The notes under the pieces were generated by a model. It was not told the origin of the DNA and did no database searches. It was given only the letters and a program-made list of their open reading frames with translations. A stretch of DNA of 63,538 nt, filler included, from Ministeria vibrans ATCC 50519 (lineage: Eukaryota; Protista; Filasterea): assembly GCA_943704425.1 (NCBI GenBank). It is 9 parts of 9 records of this genome, joined end to end, with 100 filler letters (N's around TTAATTAATTAA, not from the genome) between each part and the next. Parts side by side here need not be neighbours in the genome. Positions count along the whole stretch, not along the records: positions 46,900 to 55,877 come from CALSCP010002244.1; positions 55,978 to 58,872 come from CALSCP010001398.1; positions 58,973 to 61,276 come from CALSCP010000142.1; positions 61,377 to 63,538 come from CALSCP010001619.1; 5 more parts are not named here. The stretch is one strand, 5' to 3'. A program made the position numbers and the translations under genes. Shown here piece by piece: positions 55,446-63,538 of this stretch (within the stretch, counting starts at the first letter, position 1; each line of letters begins with the position of its first letter).

Positions 55446-55758
55446 TAGAAGGGTGGGCTCTGCAAGAGAGCTTTGCAAAGCGAGATGTTGTCGGAATGGG
55501 CATTGAGGGAGGCCAGGAGAGGCGCCGCAGGAGAGCACACCTGCGCAACGCAGAAGTACGCTGGTTTGTTGTACTTGGTCAGGATTGCCTATGCAACAGA
55601 GAGAAAGAGAAGTACAAGAAGTGAGTGAGTGGTGTATATGTCATGCATTTTAGGATTTGAGATGTGTGTGTGTGTGTATGAGTGCATTGCACTTACTCGC
55701 TTCCAGCAGGGAAGACGACCGGGTGCTCCACTGGGAGTGGGTGCAATAGGAAGGTACA
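55446..55758 (-). CDS. Last two exons of an unidentified gene
   Basis: GT-AG-bounded in-frame exons VYLPIAPTPSGAPGRLPCWKR|AILTKYNKPAYF...LLQSPPF*. Confidence 0.45.
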
Positions 55759-55765
55759 CCTGCAC

Positions 55766-55877
<112 letters not shown>

Positions 55878-55977
55878 NNNNNNNNNNNNNNNNNNNNNNN
55901 NNNNNNNNNNNNNNNNNNNNNTTAATTAATTAANNNNNNNNNNNNNNNNNNNNNNNNNNNNNNNNNNNNNNNNNNNN
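55878..55977. other. Artificial contig linker
   Basis: N44-TTAATTAATTAA-N44. Confidence 0.98.
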
Positions 55978-58820
55978 AGCGTTCCGTGCACGCACACCGT
56001 AGTAGCGGGTGTCGCGATGCTTGAGTTGCACACGCTGGAAATCCAACAAGGTGAAGCCAACAAATGTCCATGGTTTCACATCGGGGTGAGAAACGGCAGT
56101 GCCAGTTGCGACAAAGAATTCCGTGGGACTCTCCGGGTCAATCACGTCGGGCCACGAGCCGACCAAGAAATTGTCCATCCCTGTAAGAGCAATAAGAGGG
56201 AGAAAAAAAAGAGAGAAAGAGAGGTAGTGTGTGTGATTGTGAGTGTGTGAGTGTGTGTGTGTGTGAGTGTGTGTGTTGCAACGAATTGAAGAAATAATCG
56301 CTTACACTGATAGTCGGAATCGCCCTCTTCGAGCCAAATGCCATCCGCGACGGGTGCGGCGGGAGGCGCAGTGCTGTCAACAAGGAAGCCATTCGAAATA
56401 TATTCCTAAACAAGTTAGAGCAGGTAGCATCAATAGGAGAATGATGAACAGAAAACTACTTACGCCCGCAAGAGAGCTCTTTGCGAGTGCTCGCACAACA
56501 CAGAAGTAGCGCGTTCGCGGTTGCTAAGAAGGAGATAGAGTGAGTCTCCAGTTGCGCTATAACTGTGTCATACAAAGTCCTGGGGTGCGGTGAGCTCGAA
56601 GGTATTACGCAGACCGACTTTGACATACGGAACCACGTCAGCATCGAATCGAGTGAGAAAGAAGCCACGGCCAATGCCCACCTAGAAAATCGAAGAGAAA
56701 TGAAAAAGAGACACGAAGACGTGTGCAAGAAACAAAAAAAAAATGTTTACCTCGTAAGTATCCATACAGGAGGCGTCGGAGCGTGACTCCTTCCAGGCAC
56801 AGGTAATCTTGCGCAGACTAGGGCTATACTCAATGTCAGAGTTGAGGCCGCCGTCGAAGACGACGACGTTGCTGTCGGCGCCAGTTGGGTCAGCGATGCC
56901 TGGTGCCGTCGGGGGTCGCGTGTCAGTCGTGCCCAAATTGAGCGAGAAGATGGTGATGCGATCGGTAATGTCGATTTTAAGTTTAAACAGGACCGTGGTG
57001 TACGCAGCTTCCCATTCAAATTTGAGGGGTTTGAGATAGTCGATCTGGAAGGAAAGAATAAGAGAGTTAAAAGGGTAAAAGTTTGTGAGAAAAAGAGAAA
57101 GAAAAAAGGAAAGAAAAGAGAGAGAGAGAGAAGCAACAAATATAATGGTGAGGGAGTAAGAGAAACAAAGTGACAGTGAGAGAGGGAGAGAAACAAAGTG
57201 ACAGTGAGAGAGGAAGAGAAACAAAGTGACAGTGAGAGGGAGAAAGAAACAAAGTGATAGTATAGGAAGAGAGAGACAAAGTAATAGTGAAGGGAAAGAG
57301 AGCCAAAGTGATAGTGAAGGGAGAGTAAGCCAAAGTGATAGAGAGAGAGAGAGAAAGAGAAGACGAAGAAGAAGAAGAAGAAGAAGAGGACAAATACAAG
57401 AAACATAACACCGAGTGACTGAAATTACCCGAAATTGGAACTTGAGTTCAAGTGGACCCAGGTCAAGGTACAAAAAGACATCATTGAGGGTTGGGTTGCC
57501 GACGAGAGCAAGATCAAATGTGGGCACAAGCCCAACTGGAAGGCTCACTTCAAGAGCAAGACCCGCACGCACGACTTTAAGCGATGGACCGGCAAAAAAA
57601 GTCGCGATGAACTAAAAGACAAACAATGGAATTAATAATATATAATTAGGGGGTCATGGAACTCAAGAGAGATACTTACTGTGGCAATAGGGTTTAGCTC
57701 AAGCGAAGATGTTTCCTTAGTCAGGTCCACATTGAGTGTGATCTTGATCTTGATCTCTACTTCCACCTTGAGCTCAATGTCAATGGGAATCGGGCCCGCC
57801 ATAATAGTGTGTTCGTATGTAAAAATTTCCAAGAGAATTGGTGGAATCCTCAAGCTGATCTATACAATGCAAAATTAAGCGTCTTAGTACTCTAAAGCAG
57901 ATATTATCTTTCTTGGAGAAAGAAAAGGGTTCAAACCTTAAATTCGGGCCCGAGAACGGCGTTTCCTTCGATTCCATCGGCATCCTCAGCCGCCGGTGTC
58001 TGGTCAAGCCGCACTTCATTAGGGTCCACAGGCTCGTCATCTTCATCATCGCCATCCACACGACCCAGGCCAAGGGCATCCTCCAATTCTGAGATCTTCT
58101 CATTTGCTTCTTCCGACTCGAGCTCCCCTTCATCTTCGCGCGCAAAGTCCTCCTCAGTAAGTGTATCCCCCGAACGCAGCGCGTCGGTGAGTTTCTTCAG
58201 ATCAAAGATCTTCTTGTCGTCCTTTACATCGCCGTTGATGATGCGCAGAAAATGATCTGTTGAAGCGATGAAAGAAAAAAAAATAGTTGTTTTTGGATGC
58301 TAAATTTTGGCGTGCAATCATGCACGGAGAGAAAGAATGACCACTTACCTCGATATGTCTTGAGGTAGTAGCGCATCGTAAGGAATGCTTCAAAGAGGTA
58401 CTGCTCGTGCTCGCCACGGTCGTTCTTGCGGTAGGGGTTGCCGGAGGATCCTTCTTGGAACATGTTCTAAGACGAAACAAACAAATAATAATAATAATTT
58501 ATTTATTAATCTTCCACACCAATTTTTTTTCACTTTGATAAGAGGCTTATATATATATATATATATATACCTGAAAATCTGAAGTGCCACCGTTGCTCAC
58601 AAATTTTTTAAAGGCAGACTTGTTCAGGAGGGCTGAGCACAGCTTGAGATCCGTTCCATTGTGGTATCGCTATATACGCAGAACAGTTCAGCCACAAGAG
58701 GAAGACGCGGAACATGTATACCTTGGCAGACCACAATGCGTTTTTGAATAGATACTCGGACAGTGCAAACGACACAAGAGCACCAAACTGATTGTTGTTG
58801 ATTTCGACTGAAGCAGGAAT
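55978..58820 (-). CDS. Internal fragment of a large extracellular protein: beta-rich region followed by FN3-like repeats
   Basis: DTRPP..VFDG..DIEY..CAW; VDSTAP..VADG..DSDYQ..GSWPDVIDPES..VATGT..RYYGVRARNA; multiple GT-AG exons. Confidence 0.65.
57160..57350. repeat. Tandem array (~29 bp x7) of the GAAACAAAGTGA(T/C)AG motif in an intron
   Basis: Direct reading; the same core is dispersed throughout the window. Confidence 0.85.
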
Positions 58821-58872
58821 CGCTTCGTTGATGCACTATAATTATGAAATTTGTTAGAAACAGTATTTTGAG

Positions 58873-58972
58873 NNNNNNNNNNNNNNNNNNNNNNNNNNNN
58901 NNNNNNNNNNNNNNNNTTAATTAATTAANNNNNNNNNNNNNNNNNNNNNNNNNNNNNNNNNNNNNNNNNNNN
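58873..58972. other. Artificial contig linker
   Basis: N44-TTAATTAATTAA-N44. Confidence 0.98.
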
Positions 58973-58984
58973 GGGGGGGAATAA

Positions 58985-59971
58985 GCTTTTGTTGGTTTTC
59001 TTGCTTTGGAGTCAAGGGTGGAGGTGGTGAACGGCGGAGCATATGTTTGGTAGAGAAAGCGACGACGCGTGCGTTGGTCTGAGACAAGCGGCTGTACGGC
59101 GGCAAGCATCTGATTGGCCTCGACCAGGTGGCGATCGCACTGTTCGACGGTGAGCGACACATACTCGGACATGTCGGTGTCCGGATGGCGCTGGTGACCG
59201 ACGGGCCACTTGAAGATGCCAATGTGCTCGCTGGCACTCACTTCGCCGCTCTCGATGGCGTCGTGGTAGGCCAAGACGGCACGTGTGAAGCGCAAGTCGG
59301 CCAGACGGTTGTACAGCTCGCGTTCGAAGCGCAGACGGTTGCCAAACTTGAAGAGCGCCGACGCCTTGTTGAATCCGGCCAGGTACTCGCGAAAGTTGCG
59401 CATGCACTTGTACTTCTCGTGGCACACGTACGACAGGCAGTAGGGGCGCACAAAGCCGCGCGCGCTGAGGTCGTGCAGCGTCATGTGGTGGACGTACGCG
59501 GCGGCATTCTCCGCCGGCTCCTCCAGCACCACCTGCGCGTCTTCAGGGATGACGAAGCCCTGCGACGCCGCCGCCTGCGTCTGGTAGTCCACCGACATGA
59601 TCCGGAGCACAAAGCGCATTGTGTCAAACTGTCCGTCGCCGCCGTGCGGCAGAACGTGGACTGGCAAGGGTCCTTCGAGCTCACTGAACTCGGAAACCTG
59701 AGCAAACGAAAAAAAAGAAGAAGAAAAAAAAAAGGGACGAAACGAACAAAGAGACGAAAAAAGTCAGCGAAAGAGAAAAAAAAGGCAGAGAGGGAAGGGA
59801 AGGAAGAGGAGGAGGGAGAGTGGTGGGTGTGGGCGGGATGACGGGACGTACAATGACAAAGTCGGCGGTGAACGACATGGGCTGCGTCTGCTGCTGCGCC
59901 TCCAGGCCCGCTGCGGCTGCCGGCGTGCGCCCCAGGATCGCAGCTGCCGTTGGGTCCAACGGCATGGACAT
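58985..59971 (-). CDS. SMCR8: SMCR8 (uDENN/longin), 5' part
   Basis: DFVI|VSEFSELEGPLP; FVLRIMSVDYQ; EDAQVVL; AYVHHMTLHDLSARGFVRPYCLSY; FKFGNRLRF..L.DL. Confidence 0.93.
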
Positions 59972-60121
59972 GACAACCCAAATCTATAATATGAATAATA
60001 ATTATTGTTGAATGTTGATTTTTGTGATATTTTGAGTCTTGAGATTTCACGCATTTCAGATAGTAAAAATTAATAATAATAATAATACTTATTTTTGTTA
60101 TTATACATTACTCGCTCCTTA

Positions 60122-61127
60122 TTATTTAGGGAAAAGTGCAGCAACGTACACCCACACAGAGAGCACATTGGCGGGATAAGCATGCACGTAGACTGCTAGC
60201 GCAAACTCAACGGTGTCGTTATGTGTTGCGTGTACTCCTTAAATAAGAAACATACATGTTAGTGTGTGTGGGTTCGAAAGTCCGTCAAATTTACAGATAG
60301 TCCTCGAACTGGTCTCACCTGTGTTATACAATGCCTCTACGATAGGATGTTCGTCGGTCCACGCATGCCGTATTGGGAATCCCTGCAACTCATATCTATC
60401 AACGGAGAAAGTGCAGTATGAATCAGATACCCGAGAAATACACACCATGTACACGAAACACTCACAACTGCCACCTCTCACTGAGCTCTCACTTTCTTTC
60501 TTCTCTCTCCCCTCTCTCTCCCCTCTCTTCCTCCTCTCTTTCTGACTCTCTCTCATTTTGTTTCTCCCTCCTCTCTCTGTCTCTCTCATCGTTACGATGC
60601 GTGAATGTCGGCTAATCGTGTGCGATGGCGCTCCCCCAGCGCATCTTCTGTGCCACCAACACCACGCGTGTGCGCACTCTGATGGTACTCAAAGTGTGGC
60701 AAGAGCGAGCGCAGAGCACGTGCACCCGCCTTGTTCCAGCGAGTCGTAAAGCGCTGTGCCCGCCACGAGTCCACCTGAGCACAAAGCAGACGCGTGAGAC
60801 GGCGCTCCAGCTGCGCCACCTTGTGCGGGTCTGTGACGGGAAACGACAGGGACGCAGACTGCACCGAGGATAGTTGCGGGGAGGGAAAGGATGGCGCAAA
60901 AAAGGGCCGCCAGTCACTGCGCTGGGCCAAGTCCCACCGCATACGCACCGGATCACCATTTTCTTGCACATTTGCCCACACATTGTCTCCGTTGAGCACT
61001 GCATGAATGTCCCGCAGCGGGCACGTCTGGTCGTCTACAGAATACCACAGTCCCCCATGCGCACTCCACAACGTCACTCTCTCGTCCACACGCGTCAAAA
61101 CATACGCAGTGTCTCCTTCCGGAATCC
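60122..61127 (-). CDS. CC2D2A: CC2D2A/MKS6 ciliary transition-zone protein, 3' exons
   Basis: [12 protein letters not shown]; [20 protein letters not shown]; WRPFF; TRWN; GFPI; [29 protein letters not shown]. Confidence 0.93.
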
Positions 61128-61165
61128 CTATCGTATAATTATATTAATAATAATTATACGAAAAA

Positions 61166-61259
<94 letters not shown>

Positions 61260-61276
61260 TATTATTATTATTATTA

Positions 61277-61376
61277 NNNNNNNNNNNNNNNNNNNNNNNN
61301 NNNNNNNNNNNNNNNNNNNNTTAATTAATTAANNNNNNNNNNNNNNNNNNNNNNNNNNNNNNNNNNNNNNNNNNNN
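61277..61376. other. Artificial contig linker
   Basis: N44-TTAATTAATTAA-N44. Confidence 0.98.
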
Positions 61377-61459
<83 letters not shown>

Positions 61460-61470
61460 GTCTTATTTAG

Positions 61471-63538
61471 ATTTTCGGAATGTTCATTGGGTTTCGGTTT
61501 GGCAACGAAGGAGATCGTCTGCTTTTGCACGAGATTAAGCAGTGGGGCAGCGCACGAGTGGGAAACCACGCGGAGGGAGGGTACTTTTGGGGATGTAGCC
61601 ACCTTGTCATCACGGCAACCGACACGCTTGATCTGACGGGCACGAGGACCCTGCACAGTATGTTTCGTATGAGCGGGATTGACACACGAGGTGGCTTGTT
61701 CCGCTGGAATACTACGGTCAGCCATCATTACAAGTCCATTTTGATTAATTTTATTGTGTGTGTTTTTTTTTTTGCTTTGGAAAATTCTTAAAAGGACTCA
61801 TTTCTTTAGAGTGTCACTGATATGTCATACATGTTTGCTGGAGCTCGTTTGTTTAATCAGCCACTGACATTTGACACTTCGGTGAGTCTATCTGAATGAT
61901 TTTCTTTGTTCTCTAACGGAGTAATTCTTTCTTTCACTATTCTTCACTGTATTTAGCGAGTTACCACTATGCGTTCCATGTTCTCATGTGCCACCTCGTT
62001 CAATGAGCCAATTTCATTTGACACTTCGGTGCAAACTTTCGTCTTAAGTCGTCGCACTTTATCTGATACACTCTTCTTATGTCATTTAGAGCGTCACGGA
62101 TATGTCTCAGATGTTCTCTGGTGCATCCAAATTTGATCAGCAGTTTTCATCAAAATTTGTTACTCGGGTGAGTGCTTGAGGTGAAATGCTCACTTCAAAT
62201 TTACACGTCATTCCTATCTTAGCGGGTCACTTCTATGCGTTCGATGTTCTACAATGCCCAATCGTTCAATCACCCTTTGACCTATTTTGAGACTTCGGTG
62301 CGTCAATTCAATTTTATTCAGTGTCTCTCTGACTCTTTTCTTTCTTCTTTTCTCTCTCCCTCTCTCCATCACTTTGTTTCTTTCTCTCCATTACATTGTG
62401 TTTTTTTCACTCTTTCACTTTGTTTATGTATTTTTTCTCTCTACCACGCCCTGTCATTTTCTCTCTTTTCTTCCGTCTTTTTTAGAGTGTCACAGACATG
62501 CGGTCTATGTTCTATGGAGCATCATCTTTTAACCAAAAACTTCCATTCGACACTTCGGTAGGTGAAATCAATCAATGTTAATCATGGTTCTCATTTGTTG
62601 TTTGTATCTCAGCGTGTCACTTCCATGCGTTCCATGTTCTCGGGAGCAAGAGCGTTCAACCAGCCATTGAATTTTAACACTGCAGTACGTTAAAAGAAGT
62701 CGATTTCTCGTAGTAGTGACCCTGCCTTAGAACGTTGTAGACATGCATTATATGTTCTACCGAGCAAAATCATTCAATCAAGAGTAAGTTGTCTATTTGT
62801 CTATTACTATTAGGGTCACTTTACTGAGTATTGTGCAATTGGGTTTTACGGATAACCTCATCAGCACAATTTTATTATTGTTATTCTAACGATTGCTGAC
62901 ATTGCTGTAGTTTGAGCTTCTGGTGTGTTTCAGTCATCTCCAGTCAACCGGAACTTTTCGATTGGACGGCCAAAGCATGGAGACAGCGTCGTCCCGAGTG
63001 GGGAGCATGTCCACAGAAGAGCTTCTCGTTTCTATCCTATTTTTTTAATTAGTAAATAATTTTCTCTTTTTCGAAAGTAGTTTGTTGTTTTGGTCGCCCT
63101 TTGCCTTGTGATTATTTTTAGTAATTGAAACCTCATTAAATAATAAAATTTAATAATAATAATTATGGAACTTGATGGTTTCCTGTAGCGAGGCATACGA
63201 GGCCAAGTACAATGAACTTGTGGACGGGATTCACGGCTTGACGGGCCACGGCGGGAACACAGCGAATTTGAGTCCGTGCGAGGAGTCGAGCCGGACCACT
63301 GTGCGTCGTCTGGTGCGCGATGTAGCAGTGTCGCTGTTTGGCAAAGACAACCTCGAAAGCATCCAAGAGCATCTCGCGCGGTATGCACGCGACATAGCTA
63401 GCTGTCGTGTCGACAATATTTAGAGGTTAAAGGAACAATAAACATTGATTTGATTTCGATTTGATAGTGACTAACGTACAATGTATATTCTTCCTCCCCA
63501 CGCATTCTTGTGTTGACAGTGGGTTTGAGTTGTTTGGT
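61471..63538 (+). CDS. BspA-like/DUF285 repeat protein (partial at both ends), one repeat per exon
   Basis: GFRFGNEGDRLLLHEIKQWG..GGYFWGCSHL.ITATD.LDLTG cap; exons 61810-61881, 61957-62028, 62090-62167, 62223-62297, 62486-62557, 62613-62684, 62731-62783 each xVTxMxxMFxxAxxFNQ; C-cap LSFWCVSVISSQPELF..PEWGACP. Confidence 0.9.

Noticed and set aside
61810-62783. CRISPR-like repeat/spacer pattern (GACACTTCGGT recurring)
   Set aside because: The repeats are coding exons ending ..DTS|gt and the spacers are GT-AG introns

Overview
Eukaryotic nuclear DNA, gene-dense, with short spliceosomal introns and many (GA)n/(AAT)n/(GT)n microsatellites. The window is not one locus: it is 9 contigs joined by 8 artificial 100-nt linkers (N44-TTAATTAATTAA-N44), so adjacency is only meaningful within a contig. 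Genes recognised by manual exon joining: MRE11; a head-to-head pair of half-size ABCA transporters, one of which carries a spliced C-terminal RGS domain that the ORF track does not show; OSGEPL1/Qri7 head-to-head with cytosolic-type IleRS; VAC14 3' end; a DEG/ENaC channel; FBXO9; a pRiA4b-ORF3-like protein; SLC66A2; an RGLG-type copine VWA protein with a putative N-terminal four-helix bundle; an intronless CRT-like transporter among non-LTR retroelement remnants; a multi-PDZ protein; monofunctional DHFR; PSMG1; ELL; proline iminopeptidase; a coiled-coil protein; NDUFS4; RLP24; nuclear ATP synthase alpha; a CRTC/TORC-like coactivator; a large FN3-like repeat protein; SMCR8; CC2D2A; and a bacterial-type BspA/DUF285 gene with one repeat per phase-0 exon. 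The gene mix suggests a flagellated unicellular opisthokont, probably holozoan (inference). Most notable: the ABCA-RGS fusion, DEG/ENaC and CRTC in an apparent non-animal, the exon-modular DUF285 gene, and the 4HB-copine fusion. All family calls are from motif recognition; no database searches were run.
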